Assembly (NCBI GenBank): GCA_002104945.1
Contig: MCFH01000006.1
Coordinates: 124,001 to 188,000, forward strand
Direction of reading: 5' to 3'
Length of the DNA: 64,000 bases
Origin: Piromyces finnis finn
Taxonomy: Eukaryota; Fungi; Neocallimastigomycota
Shown here: piece by piece, positions 42,718 through 57,452 of the stretch
Position numbering within the stretch: position 1 is the stretch's first letter
Layout of the letters: each line of letters starts with the position of its first letter
The notes under the pieces: generated by a model
Database searches by the model: none
The model's input: only the letters and a program-made list of their open reading frames with translations
Told to the model about the DNA's origin: nothing
Position numbers and translations under genes: made by a program

Positions 42718-44605
42718 TGATAATAGAATGTTTGCTTTACTTTTAATTATAATATTCAATAAGTTGATATGGATAATTATAAAAAAAATGTGGTCCTTAC
42801 TCTTTAGATTCAGTTCAAAATCAAAAAGAAGATATTCAAACACACGAATCAAGCAAAAAAACGACTATTATTATCTTGAATCAGAGTAAAAAAAATAAAA
42901 ATCATTTTTAGAAATTTTATTTTTAAATAGTTTTGATTTACAAGAAATAATAATTAGAATAAAATTGGTACTAATTTAATTATATATTTTTTACATATTT
43001 TCTTTTCCTAGTGATTCCTTTTCATCCTTAAATAACATAAATACATCAAATTATGAAGATTTTGTAAGAAGAAAAAGTCCACTATCAAATAATATTAAAT
43101 ATTCATCATCTAGTCCAAATACTCCGCCAGCTAAACTTAAAAGAAAAAAAATGCTTAGAAAAATTCCATCATATACAAATGCAGTTCATATGAATAGATA
43201 TGAACATATTAATAATCATATCTATGGACCTGGTACTAATTATGCTCAAAGTATAGGACATATTCAAAGTCGAGCAAGTAATAGTACTGGAAGTAGTCGC
43301 CGCAATTCAAGTGTTGAATTTTCTACCAATGATTTATTACGAAAATCACAACGTCTTCCTCCACAAACATCAACATTATTATCATCAGCATCATCTATTC
43401 TTCAAGCTAAAAAATTGCTTCATACCCTTTATCATCAAAAACCACCACTTTCACCAAACTCTAGCTATTCAAATAAAAAATTCGATAGTTTAATAGATAA
43501 TATAGATGGAGCTTCCAGTTCCAGCACCAACGGAACTAATATTAATAATAATTCTAACAACAACAATAATTCATTGTCAACAAATCCAAAATTAAAACAT
43601 CATTATTCATCACCTCGATCTACCTATCTAAGCATGCCTTCAAAAGATATTGAAAAAAATATGAAGAAAAAAGAAAAGGTAAAGGATAATAGTAGTGTAA
43701 GTAGTCAAAGTGATGATAATAATAATAATGGTGATGATGAAGACGATGAAGATGAAGATGACGTAAAAGAAATCGCAGGTACTATTAAAGAGTCTGAGCA
43801 TAAAAAAAATAAAGGAAATTATCATAGTCATACTTCTGCAGCATCTCACTGCCCCTTAGGCATTTCAACCCAACCAGATACCACCACTGATAACAACAAT
43901 AGTAACTCAGAAATTGAAGAAGTAAAGGAGAAGAAAGAATTAAAAGACGAAAAGGGTAATCATTCTATCACTTTATCTAAAATAAGCAATGAAAATATGC
44001 CAGTAATAACAACTACCAAAGTAAAAGGTATAAAATCAAATTCTCTTCCTATTAATTCATATATGCATTCATCAACACATCATGGTCAAAATTATAATCA
44101 CTCTGGAAATAGAGTTAAATTGACTTCCTCACCGATTTCTATGGCAACCGCCGCCACTACTGTTACAAGTACAGAGACTCCATCAACTTCAATGAAGAAC
44201 TCTCATCGCTCAGGTGTACGACTTCCTTCAATAAATACCAGTAAATTAGGATTACCATCGTCATCGTCAAAGTCACCAAATGCTAGCTCCATTATTAATA
44301 GTACACCAATAATAGATTATCCAGTATCCGCACCAATTGATACAAATCATCCAACCTCTACAATGGATTCAGTCAATACCCCTTCTTCAGCCCCACTCCA
44401 TCTTCATCATTATGACGATCTTTCCAATATCTATACTAACATGATTTTGTCTTCACTTTCGTCAACCTCAAAAGAAAGAAGTCGTATTCATCGTAATTAC
44501 AATTTTATTGGTAATAAGCATATATTAAGAAGAAAAAGGACAAATTTAGTAAGAAGCCCAGCCTCTTTCCCAAGTTTAAATATAAATCGAATGAACAATA
44601 AATAA
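38076..44605 (+). CDS. SLP1/SUCO-like mid-SUN-domain type I membrane protein; multi-exon, linkage of the 38076 signal-peptide exon uncertain
   Basis: SUN domain FNFASLDCAAAVLKSNPE...FVIIELCEDILIDRIILGNFEYFSSMYKD...YFCPLSLIRIHGRTMMDEF; conserved ESVFKTIMRRLTALERNTTLSFKYLEEQ; TM exon (FALLLIIIFNKLIWIII) near 42720-42780; S/T-rich cytoplasmic tail to TAA at 44605. Confidence 0.85.
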
Positions 44606-45784
44606 GAATTTAATATATATATATTATATATATTATATACATATAATATTATTATAATATTATTATTACAAAAAATAAATAAAGAATAAATAAATTATAA
44701 AAATTCTTTTCATAATGAATAGTTTCTATTATTAATTTTTTTTTTTAACTTTTATTTTTAATAAAAAGGATAATAATAATAATAATAATAATAATAATAT
44801 ATTTTAAAGAATTAAAAAAATCTTAAATAATATTTAAATATCAAAATATCTTTATTATTTATTTTTATAGATAATTTCCTCCTTCCTTTTTACAAACTTT
44901 ATTTAAAATAAGAATAAATAAATAAAAAAATATCAAAATTAAATGTATATAGGCCTTTTTCTCTATACATATGATCTTAAATATGTAGATAGTAAGTGAT
45001 ATTTAAATATATAATTTATATTTAAAAAATATATATATATATATATATTCAGTAATCCGATTACTTATTTTTACAAAGTAATATAAATGTATATATATAA
45101 ATACACTTGATTAATTTTTTAATTAAAAAAAAAATAAACAATATAAAGCACATAAAGATACTAAAATGAAAATGAAAATATTTAAAAAACTACAAAAAAA
45201 ATCATAAAAACTAAACTAAATATATTATAATATTTAGTATGAATCTGAATCTGTTTTATATTAATATTGAATTCAAAATTTTGATAAATTGATAAATTTG
45301 TAAAATAAATATTTGTAATATTTTTTTTTTAGATTTATGTTATTTTAACTATTATTACTTCGGATTACCTAATAATAATATTAAATCAAAATAAATAAAT
45401 ATAAAATTCAATTATAATGAAATAATAAAAACTTTTAAATTCATTTTAATCTGCTTAAAATATATTGACTTTTCTATCTCATAAAAAAAAATTTAAAGAA
45501 ATTTTTTAAACTCTAATTGATATCATTTTTTTATAATTAAAAAATTGATCCATAAAATATTCTAAGATAATTCTATTTTTGTTAATTGAAAATTTTTAAT
45601 GATGGTTTATTGCAAAAAAAATATAAAAAAAAAAAAAATTATAACTTAAACCATAATAAAAAAATAAAGGATATCTCATAATGACTATAAAACAATATTA
45701 ATGTACATTATATAAATTTTAAAAAACTTTCACACTATTCTAATATTAGAGACTGTCTATCTTTATAATATTATTAATCTTTTT

Positions 45785-45939
45785 ATTTAAAATGATTTAC
45801 ATTACACCCTGGCGAGATAAATATTATTATGATGATAGTAAATTAGAATTATTAATACCTACCTTAAATATAATAACCCAACCTATAGCAAACCTTTGTG
45901 AAGAAAATATATGAGTACTAACAATTATTGGGCCGAACC
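45785..45939 (-). mobile_element. Decayed 5'-end copy of the SINE-like element (reverse strand)
   Basis: Reverse complement ttcggccc...gttagtac...attttcttcacaaaggtttgctataggttgggttattatatttaaggtaggtatt...ttctaatttacta...gccagggtgtaatgta aligns with ~57452-57615. Confidence 0.8.
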
Positions 45940-45991
45940 AAATAAATATAAATCAGGTATTTATTTATAGTTCTCTACAAAAATAATAATA

Positions 45992-46126
<135 letters not shown>

Positions 46127-46896
46127 ATAACAATAGTAATAGCATAATCTATATTTATTTATATAAATTTTAATTTTACATTATTTATTTTATAGTTTAA
46201 ATAAGTAAAAAGTGTTGATAAAATAATTTCAGTATTTATCTATTTTAAGGAATCCATAGTATAGAAGGATGATAAATTATATTCTAATAAGAAGAAGAAG
46301 AAGAGAGCTAATAGGGTTTATATCTTTAATATATTTATTCAAAAATCTGCAGGTAAATAAAAGTAATTTAAGTATATAATAAAATAATTAATTGCATTTT
46401 TAAACTATAAAACTCTTTTGAAATCTTTATTTTAAACATAAGACTAAATATATAAAAAAAGTAATTTAAGAAATTTTAATTTTAACGGAAAGCAACAAAT
46501 ATTTTTAATGTTTTTTCTAGAAAATAAAAAATCAAAATACAGAAAATTCTTTATTTTCTAAAAATACAGATATTTTTTTTAAAAAAAATATTGAAAAAGA
46601 AATAATATTTTTATATAAATAATAAGTTTAACAATGCATTTGATTTTGAAGAAGAAGTAACATTAGAAATTTTCCAATTTATTTGATTCTTAGATGATCA
46701 TTTATGCAATGTACCTTCAAGTATATATTAAAAAATTATCTTTTATTTTTTAAATATTCTTAATTCTATTCTTCACAACATTAATTCTGAGAAGCTCCAA
46801 AAGACAGATTAAAGGACATAGAAAATAATGAATAATATTGGCAATAATTAATTTTAATATACATATTTACTCATCTCAATTCAAAGGAATGTAATT

Positions 46897-47045
46897 AAAA
46901 TATCGTTCAGTGATGAGTATATAGTGTATATGGTTTAAAGAACATCTAAGCTGAGGATACAATATAACAGACCACTTAGAAATAGAAATTAATCAATCAG
47001 CATTTCTCTTAAAAAAATCCACTATTAGAATTAAACTTCTATTCG
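46897..47045 (+). mobile_element. Decayed 3'-half copy of the SINE-like element with an internal deletion
   Basis: aaaatatcgttcag...gtgtatatggtttaaagaacatctaagctgaggatacaatataacagaccacttagaaatag...cagcatttctct...ccactatt aligns with ~57746-57900; the gacc-aggag-ggtc hairpin region is deleted between acc microhomologies. Confidence 0.7.
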
Positions 47046-47472
47046 TCTAATATATATCTATAAATAAATGTGATGTATATATAATATAATCATATACTAA
47101 AAGTGTTGTTACATAATTTCTATGTAAGCAGAGATAGTTATCTTTTTGTTATTATTTTAGTATTGTTCACGTGATTTATTATAAACTAAACTTTAACCTT
47201 TTGTTAATATTTTTTTTTATTAAATTTATTATACTATTATAATTTATAATATTAAAATTTAATTAAAAAAATTTTTATACTCTATAACAATATTTAATAT
47301 AACTCATTAGTTTAGTTATATTATTCTTTAAAAAAGAAAACTGAAGAAAAGAGAAGAAATTTATATATAAAAAAAGTTATATTTATAAGGTATATATAAT
47401 AATCGTGCAATAATAATACTCTTTTTTTTTCTTTTCTTAATAATTTTTTTAAAAAAAAAAAAGTTATTAAAC

Positions 47473-48430
47473 ATGTCTGACAAATTCCAAACTCCAACTC
47501 AACTTCAAGAGAAGAAGGCTTTAGAAGAATTAAATTTACATTCCTTACCAACTCAAGTTGAACTCCAAAAAATGGTAAAAAAAAAAAAAAAATACTACTC
47601 TATAAAATAATATATCTATTTTAAATAAAATTATATAAGATAATTGATAATTATATTTTATTTTAATTATTAAATATACATTTCATTTATATATTATAAA
47701 CTCTAAATTCAAATTTTGAAATTTCTAATTACTTTTTTTTAAACATTTTTATACATATATTATACTTAAAAGATAGAAGAATTAGTTTCACAAATGGTAT
47801 ATATACCTTTATTTAATAATTAAATATATATATATAAGGAAATGAAAAGGAACTTTTTTTTAATATGTTATTATTTCTATAAATTTTAAAAATTTCAGGA
47901 AACTCAATTTGAAGATGTTGCTTCCCAAATTAACAAGAAAAGTAAAATATAAAGAAAAGATAATTAATAATTAAGTATATAAAAGATACATATATATATA
48001 TATAATATAATTAATTATTACTTTTTTTTTTTTTTTTTTTTTTTACTTCTATCAATATCAAAAATTCTTTTCCTCCTTAATTCAATAATTAATGATAAAA
48101 AATGAAATATAAATGAATAATTTCAATTTTATTATTACCAACATTTTTATTTATTTATTTATTTATTTATTTATTATTTGAATGTTTTTTTAATACTATA
48201 ATATTATAATATATTATATATTATATATATTATAACTGCATAATCGCTTTTATTTTACTATTATTCCTATTATTATTGTTAATAATACATATTTATATAT
48301 TATTAATATAAAAAAAAAAAAAAAAAAAAATGGGAATTAAAAAGTGGAGGATATGGATACTCGTATTACCGAATTAGAAAAAGGTATTGGTAATCTTTTA
48401 GACCAAGCTTCAACTGAAGTTGATCAGTAA
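47473..48430 (+). CDS. HSBP1: Heat shock factor binding protein 1-like small coiled-coil protein; exons 47473..47574, 47899..47941, 48345..48430 (missed by ORF track)
   Basis: Spliced product MSDKFQTPTQLQEKKALEELNLHSLPTQVELQKMETQFEDVASQINKKMEDMDTRITELEKGIGNLLDQASTEVDQ*. The C-terminal half matches the HSBP1 pattern QxxFxxMSxQIxxRIDDMxxRIDxLEKxIxDL; phases are consistent. Confidence 0.75.
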
Positions 48431-49109
48431 AATATAGTTTAGAATGATAAAAGAAATAAAGAAGAAGAAAAAGAGTTATAAACAACTTATTATAATGAGA
48501 CTTTTTTTTTTTACCAATTTATTATCATTAATCTTTATACCATAATTAAAATAATAATTAAAATAATAATAAATTGTTTTTCTATTTTAATAGTTTATAA
48601 TAGTGAAAATATTAAGTTTAATATTACTAACAGTATTAATACACAAAAAAAAGATAATGGTCATAAAAATAACATTATCATCTTCATTTTTCAACTATTA
48701 AAATATATTACAAATAATTATAATTATTATTTTCCTTGTAAATACTTTTTTTTAAAAAAAAAAATAAAATAAAAATAAAAAAAAAAAATATATACATTAC
48801 TTCTTCCTCTCATACAATAGAACTTGTTCTATATATTCTATATATTTGTAATGGGTTTTTAATTCAATAATTAAACGATATATTAAAATATAGTAATATA
48901 AATAATAAGAAGCATTCGCTTTATACATTAAAAATATAAAATTATGAATTAAAAAAAAGGAATAAATAAATAAAAAGTAAATCATAATGATAATAAAATA
49001 TAAACATTTATCTATTTTTAAAAAATTAGCATCAAAATTTTGTTTTATTTAATTTTGTTTTTTTTTTTGTTTTTTTTTGTTTTTTTGTTTTTTGTTTTTT
49101 TGCTTTTTT

Positions 49110-49155
<46 letters not shown>

Positions 49156-49319
49156 TTTTTGTTTTGCTTTGTTTCATTGCTTATTGCAATCGAAATATTA
49201 TTTATGTATATATAAAATATACTATATAACATAAAAAATGATTTTAGTTAAAAAAAAAAAATATCACATTATATAATTTTTTTTTCCTAAACATTATTTT
49301 CCTTTATTCTTTTACAAAT

Positions 49320-51857
49320 TTAATTAGTAATTAAAATACGAATAAAGGCTTGTTCATGCTTAGTATTTTCAAAAATGACTTGTGGATTATCACTTGGACA
49401 TCTCAAAAAGTTTGGAGCAAAAACCATTGCTAAATTTGCAACGGACATTTTTGTATACTCTTGATTTTCTTGTTTAGCAATAACTTTTAAGAAATCAATC
49501 ATATAAGATATTACACGTTTATTGATTTCTGGTAAAGTATCTATTAATTCCCATGCTGTTGTACCAATATTTTCATTACTTGCCTTTTTACCAATTTCCA
49601 TACAATTATCATAAGCATCAGCTGGAATTAATGGTTCTGCTAATTCTCTTAACCAAAGTTTTAAAAGAGAGGCTGGAACATTTGGATCAGAACAATTGTT
49701 TAAATTAAAGTTTCTTTTTTCAACTTGACATCTTAATTCTGAAATAGCATCAGCATCACCTGGTACTCTGAAAATACCTTCAGTCTGAGCACCATTTAAC
49801 TGTATGATAGAATCTATTAAAAATACCATAATAGCTGGTATTTCTAATTCTGGATTATCTTTCTTTTGTTGTTCCATAATATCCTCTAATGTTTCTCCAA
49901 AGAATGAGAAATTGAATGCAGCATTCATACGTTGCTCAATTTCCTTTAAAGAAAGAGTTTTACCTCTTGGTCCAACAATACAAGTTCTTGCTAATTTTCT
50001 ATAGCAATGTTGACTAAGAATTCTTATAATCTGAATTCTTTCATCTTCTGCTTCAGTATTATCATTACCATCTTTCTGATTTTTCTCATCATTATCATTG
50101 GTAGTAACACTTTTTTCATCTATAGAAAGATTTTTCAAACTCGCATTCTTATCTTGATGGACCTTTTCACCAGGAGTATCATTAATCAAATTATTTGCCC
50201 AACTTGAATAAATAAACTTTTCAATAAAAGACTTTAAGTAGTTTTCAAAATCACGAGAAGGAGGGAAAGCTACTACTAAAACAGACATTAACTTCCATCC
50301 CAACACAATATGACTAAAATTTGGATTCTTATTTAATTGCTTACAAACTTGACAATAAATTTCATCACGAATACCTGCATTATTAATACCTATCTCAACT
50401 AATTTTTGAACATCTACAAGATTACCATTGGAAGTTTTATCACTAAGAATATGTTGAATAAGAGAAAATGATCGTAACGCATCTTTATAATAATTACGAG
50501 ATGATTTCAATAGAGGTTTACGAAGTGATTGTTTTGACCAACTAAGTAAACTTTCTATAGGAATCTTTTTTCTAAATAAACCTCTACGATGTTCCATAAA
50601 GTTCTTTTTTGCATATTCATCAAAACCATAATTTTTTATATGATTAAGAATTTCAGCAGATAATCTCTTATAATGTTCAAATTTCATTGAAACTGGAAGA
50701 ATTTGTGAATGCCCTCCAGGGGTATTAATATTATTATTTGTTTGTGCTACATTATCTATTTATTATAAATATATATTAGCAAAAAAAAAATAATAATAAT
50801 AAATATATATAATAAAAGATTAATATTATGATAATTATAATTACAATAGTTAATATTAAAATTATAATAGTTTTATCAATTATTTAGGATTGATTTTTTC
50901 ACTCACCAATTGAATTTAAAACAGAATTATCAATAATAATTGAAAGATGTTGATTTCTTGAATTTTCTATAAATTCTAATTTGGTTTTATTAATTTCTCC
51001 TTTTTCCAAACTATCTTCATTCTTTATTTCGTACTATAGAGTTTATTATAAAAATATTTAAATAAGTCGTTGATAAATAGTTAATATTTATTTATTATTA
51101 TCTGACATTCTATCATTATTATATATTTACCTTTATCGAATTACGTTTTACATTTTTTAAAAATTTTTGTTGCTAAAAAAAATTATGCATAAAATTTATT
51201 AATTTTCTAATTACCAAGAATTTTATATAAATTTTTTAATTTTTAACCAATTAAAAATCAACTTTATGTTTTATAATTATTTTTTGTGTAAAAATAAAAA
51301 TTCTTTAAATCTTTATTTACCTGTAACTTTATTAATGAAATAATTTTAACTGATAGATATTAATTATAATATTGAGAAAGTGGAATAAATAATAAAATAT
51401 TAATTATCAACATTTTCTATATATCAATTTTTTTCAGTATTTTAATTATAATATTGTTATTACCCCCTTCTGGACGAATCCATTCTGTAAATTTTGTTTT
51501 GGTATTGTAATAATATGGCTACAGAAATAGTAAAAATATTTATTTGTTAATTAATATTTCTATTATTTTAAATTATCTATTTTATTCTTAATGGCAAATT
51601 ACCATTTCATGTTTTTCATCATAAAGTTCCCACCATTCAACATTATAATTTAAATTATCGCTATTTTATTTATAAATAAAAAAATTATTATTCATTAGCA
51701 AAATTATGAATAATAATGATGAATTTTCTTTAATATTTTAAAATATTTACAATGAAGTTCCTAAAGGTTTATCCCAAGTACATGAACCAGTCTTAATATT
51801 GGCATAAAATGGTTTGGAAGTTTTAGGATCAACCAACTCTATCCATTCATTACTCAT
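49320..51857 (-). CDS. WW-WW-MyTH4-RhoGAP protein (ARHGAP39/Vilse-like), multi-exon
   Basis: 5' exons encode WW1 (EWIELVDPKTSKPFYANIKTGSCTWDKP) and WW2 (WWELYDEKHEM|PYYYNTKTKFTEWIRP). The large exon encodes MyTH4 (RDEIYCQVCKQLNKNP...GWKLM) and RhoGAP (TEGIFRVPGD with Arg finger, ASLLKLWLRELAEPLIP, KMSVANLAMVFAPNFLR). Confidence 0.88.
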
Positions 51858-52920
51858 TTTTACAAAGAAATCTACTATTTAACAAAAAGATATAATATTC
51901 TATCTTTATTGAATAATTATCAATATTATATTGGTAGTTGTTGTTGTTGTTTTATAGTATTAATTTCTCTTTTATTTTTATGTTGAGGTTATTAGTTTAT
52001 TGAAAAATATATTATTTCTTCTTCCTTTTTTTAATATGAATATAAATATACTGATTACTAATGTTTTAATGAATATAACTCGGTATTTCTTTCTTTCTAC
52101 TTTTCTATTGACTATAAATATTTCTTTATTTAGTTAGGTACAAAACCTTTAAAAAAAAAAAACAGAATTTAAATGTTTTATATCGCAATGAATATTTTTT
52201 TTAACTGTATTAAAATTTATCCTATTCACTTTTTTCTTTTAATTTTTTTCTAATATATCTAAATAAATATGTTTGTTTTTTAAAAAAAAAAAGTAAATAT
52301 ATAAATAAATAAAACTCTTATTAGTTTTTTTGTTGATATATACAATAATACTATTATTTTAATAGCTTCATATAAAATTATTAATATTTAATTATATAAT
52401 CGATATATAATTTTTTTTACTATATATAATTTAAGCATTGAATTCTTTTTAAAAAAAACAATGCTCTTTTTGTTGTTGTTTAGTTGTAATATTTAATAAT
52501 TGATTTAAAATATATTTTCAAATACTATATATTTTTTGAAAAACTATTTTCTTTTTTTTTTCTCGTTGTTGCTCTTTAATTTTTTAAAAATTAAAAATAA
52601 TGATATTATATTAAATTATATTCTTATTATATTATATTAAACGTGTTTTTTAATCAATAATAATTAAGCATACAGAGCATACATATATTTACTTTATTTA
52701 TGGTATATTTTATATCTTAAATTAATAGTTAAAAAAAATAATAGGATAAACAAATTGGATATATTTGTGAAACTTTTTTTCTTTTTAAACTATACTGAAA
52801 AATATTCTTTCTTTTTTAAGCAATTTTTTTTCTTCACCAGCTATTTCTATTCCTATTTTTGCTCAATATTAAAAAAAAGTTTCCAAAAAAAAAAAAAAAA
52901 AGAAAGAAATGCTGTTGCTA

Positions 52921-52951
<31 letters not shown>

Positions 52952-55900
52952 GAAAACAATGTTGAAGAAAAAAAACAATTACTCGAAAAAAAAAAAAAAC
53001 TTTTTTTATATAATAAATATTAATCTATTTTTTTTTTTTTCAAATATTTTTCTAATATATTATTTTAATTATTTAATTTAAATTAATATATCTTTAGGGA
53101 TCAATGGATGATTAATATATTATATTTTAATATATTTTTCTATTTACTTTTTTATATTGAATTAAAAATTTTAATTAATTTATATATTATGTAATATATG
53201 GTAATTTTTAATATTCTAATTTCTAATTCATTTTATATATTTTATATTATTTATTCTATTTAAAAAAAATGATATTACTGATTAAAAAATATGGCTATAA
53301 ATGCCTAATTTCTATTTATTTTTAAAGGTACATATAAACACAATAAATGGCTTTGCTTTAACTATATGCAATAATTTAAATTTTTCTTTTCACTTATATT
53401 CTATATTAACTAAAAATTAAATATGTGATTCTTTTTTTTTTAAGCTTTGCTTATTTTTCTTATTATTCCCAGAAATTTGCTACAATTGACAATTGAGAGG
53501 TCAAATTCTGGTACTTCAATTATTATTTAATTATTCCTTTCTACAATGATCCTCTATCTTATTTTAAATTTCATCTTTTTAGAATTTCCAACTACTAAAT
53601 ATGGTTATATTAATTTTTAATCGATAATTCATTAAAATTTAAAGTTTAAAGATCTATTCTATTGTATTTAATTTTGTATACATTAAATATAATGTACATC
53701 ACAATAATAATCCATTCTTAGGATCCTTTCTTCTCATACTATTGTGTTGATGTAAAATGGTATCATAAAAATGTGTTGAATTGATTATTTTTTTTTTGAA
53801 GCTATTTACTTTAATAAAAATGAAAAAAAAGAAATACTTACACTTTCTAAGTTGTTCTTCTTCTTTTATATATAAAGATAGCTAATGAGAAAATAAAAAA
53901 ATTTTAATTATTTTTAAAAATTTAAAAACTTCCTCTTTATAAAAAAAATGTAGTTTAACTTTGAAATATTAATTTTTTTATATTTATACTATTTAAATGT
54001 TGTATATATTTTTTTATAAACTAAAATAAAAGCAAAAATATATATATTGTTTAAAAGTATTTTTAACTAAAAGAAAAACTTATTTACAGTATAAAAAAAT
54101 TATAAGTACTATTGTTTATATTTTTATATTAACTCTTTACTGCGTTGCTAAAAAAAAAAAAAAAAAAAAAACTTTAAAAGATCGAGATAACAATAAAAAT
54201 TAATATATTTTTAGTTATAGATACAATCTTTCACAAGATTTCTTTTTCCAATGTAAATTAATTATTAACTTAAAAAAAAGTAAATCAACTATTGAAACTA
54301 TTGAATATATGATGTAGTTATTAGTGTATTACTAATAAGTAATATTTAATATATAATATTATATTAAATTATTTTTCACTAACAGAAAAAATAAACTAAC
54401 TATAGAAAGATAAAAAAAAAAAGTTTTGGATTTTCGATATATATATATTTTCTATTATCTTTTTAATTATTTACGGAAAGTATTCTTAACCGAAATACTT
54501 TTAATAAATTTAAAATTAAAATGATAATTGTTTTACTTTTTGAAATATATATGTATATTTTTTTTTCCTCTTTTTTCTTTTTTTTTTTTTTTTTTTTCTA
54601 TAAAATATTTTAAAACTATCTACAAATTCAATATAATAAAATATTTATTCTTTTTTAATAAAGAAATATTTTGTATTTTATTGTTTCAACATTAAGTTTT
54701 ATATTATTTAATACTTTTGTTGTTATTATTGTTTCAGTTTTTTTTTTTATGTTTTTATTTTTTTTTATTGTTTTATTGCTTTAATTGTTTTTTGTTTTTT
54801 GTTTTTTGTTTTTTAGTTTTTTAGTTTTTAGTTTTTTGTTCTTTTTTTTTTTTTTTTTTTTTAATTTGTTTTTAGTATTGTTTTTAATTTATTGTTTATT
54901 CCTTTTATTATGTAATTATTAATTATTTTATTTTGGTTTTATTATTAAAAAAATGATAATATATTGATAAAATACATATCTTATTGTAATATGCTTTACA
55001 AATATAATGATATCACTTTTTTATTATTTAAATTTTATTTTTGATTATTTCAATAATTGCTTTTTATTATTGTGAATTATCTATTGTAATTGAATTGATT
55101 TAAAAAAATATATATATTAAGTTAACATATCAATTATTTGTAGTATAATTTTCAAAGAAGAAAAAATAAAAAATAATTACCTAGTTATTAATAAAATTTC
55201 ATTTTATTTCTTCTTAATAATATTAAAAGTATTATTAATATAAATTAGTTTTGGTAAAAAAGCTGGTAAAAAAAATTATTATTATTATTATTATTATAAT
55301 TATTATTAAATTTTAAAAAAATATATATATATATATTTTAAAAATTATTGTAATTAACCAATAATAATAATATATATATAAACTAATATATTTGTGTTAT
55401 CGTATTTGAAAAAAAAAAAAAGTATGAAGTAGTAATTTTAATTATTTATGTAAAAAAGAAAAAAGAATTATTATTATTTTATTTGTTGTAGGGAAAAAGC
55501 TAGTATTTTTAATATTTTTGTTTGTTTTACTTTTTAAGATAAATTGTTCGACCTATTTGTTGGAAAACTAATAATTAACTATACGTATTATCAAAATAGT
55601 TCTGTTAATTATATACTTATATGTAAATTTGTTGTTGATTTCTATTCTATTTTATTTGTTACTATTGTTTTTAGATAATAAATTATGAATTTGATTATTC
55701 TTTCATTTACAACTATACTCAATATAGCTAAATTTATTTATTATAAAAAAAGTATTATTATTGTTATTGCAATACAAATAATAAAACTGACTAATTAAAA
55801 TAATAATAATAATAAAGAAGAAGAAGAAGAAGAAGAAGAAAACGAAAATGAAAAATAAAAAGTTTCAAGAATGAAGAAAAATAATAATTTTTAAAACAAT

Positions 55901-57452
55901 TATTAAAAAAATAAAAGTTTTGCTTTTTAATAAAATTAATTAAATGATTTTTTTAATTATTATGAAAATTGATTTGTTTTAGAAAAAATTAATCAATAAA
56001 TTAATTTATTCCAAAGCTTAATTAATATTAAAATAAATTTTAAATGTTTGATGAATCATATTGGCATTTAATGTTGGGTTGATTTTTTTAATATTGATGA
56101 GATAAAAAATACTAGATTTTTGGAAATTTAAGCCAGGTTTTTTGGCAAGGAAAGTTTGATATTAACCAGACTATATATCAGAAAATTTTAAATTTTTTTC
56201 TTATTTTTTTAGGAAAAAATTTAGTAATTATATTAATTCATTAGAAAAGTATAAACTTTTAATTTTTATGAATAATAATAGTGCATCAATAACAATGGCA
56301 TGGATACAATAACTTAATGTTAACTATTGATACTATAAAAAAAATAATAGTAATTTACATTCTAATAATATCAAATAAAGAAAAAAATAAATAACTTTGT
56401 TTTAACTTTTTTCTCTTTTTTATTTATTTTTGTTTCATATGTTTCTATTAAAAAAAAATTATCTTTATTATTTTATATAAAAATAAAAATTCATAACAAA
56501 GTACAGTAAGTACATTAACATATTAAATTATATTAAATTTATTATTTTCTGCAATAGCTATTCTTTTACTTTAATGCATTCAAAAAAAAAAGTATAGAAA
56601 TATTATCTTTAAATATAGAAAAAGTATTTTAGTTTTTATTTCAATTCATTATTTGTTGTTGTTGTTGCTGTTACTTTTATTGGTATTTAAAATTGTAGTA
56701 AAAAAAAAAAGTCAAATATATTTCTATTAAAAAGAAAAAAAAAATTAAACTTTTTAATATGAAACTTTAATAAATAGAATAACATCAAAAGTAAAACACT
56801 ATTTTATTCTATTATAAAAGAAAAGAAAAAGTAAATGATTAAAAAAAAAGTTTTTTTTGTTAAAATAGTATTATTAAAAATATATGTATAACATTCATAT
56901 ATAAATGTTATTTGTTGATATGTTTTGTTTTGTATATATGGCATTAAACATTTCTTTTAAAAAGAATAATTAACATTAATTGTACCTTTAAAATTTTTTA
57001 CTTTTTTTTTTTATAAATATAAATTATAATAATTTACATGAACCAATAAAATATTTATTAAATTTTAATTAAATATTTTGAGTACAAACTTTATTTTATA
57101 ATAATATGTATAAAAAAAAATAAAAAGATAAAATCAATAAATTAAAAAAAAAAAATAGATTTAATAAAAATTTATTTGAATCAACTATAATATAAATATA
57201 AATAAAAATTTATATATAATTAAATAATATTTATTATATAGTAATTTTAAAATTTAATAGGTGCATCTCTAATTATGTAATTATGAATAATAACTACAAA
57301 TAATAAAAAAAAAAGGTACATGCAAAAAAAGCATTTTACATTATTTTACATTTTAATAATCGATATAGAATATAAAGAAAAAAAAAAATTAAATAATAAA
57401 AAAATTTAAATCAAATTATAACTATTTTTAAATGAATAATGGTATTAGTAAT

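Noticed and set aside
49032-49234. Poly-K / poly-F ORFs (also 52755..53081, 47321..47551, 48797..48985, 19628..19876)
   Set aside because: Translations of homopolymer and low-complexity non-coding DNA.
56050-56330. Coding-like patch in the 52-59 kb desert
   Set aside because: Short open stretches with stops and no recognisable motif.
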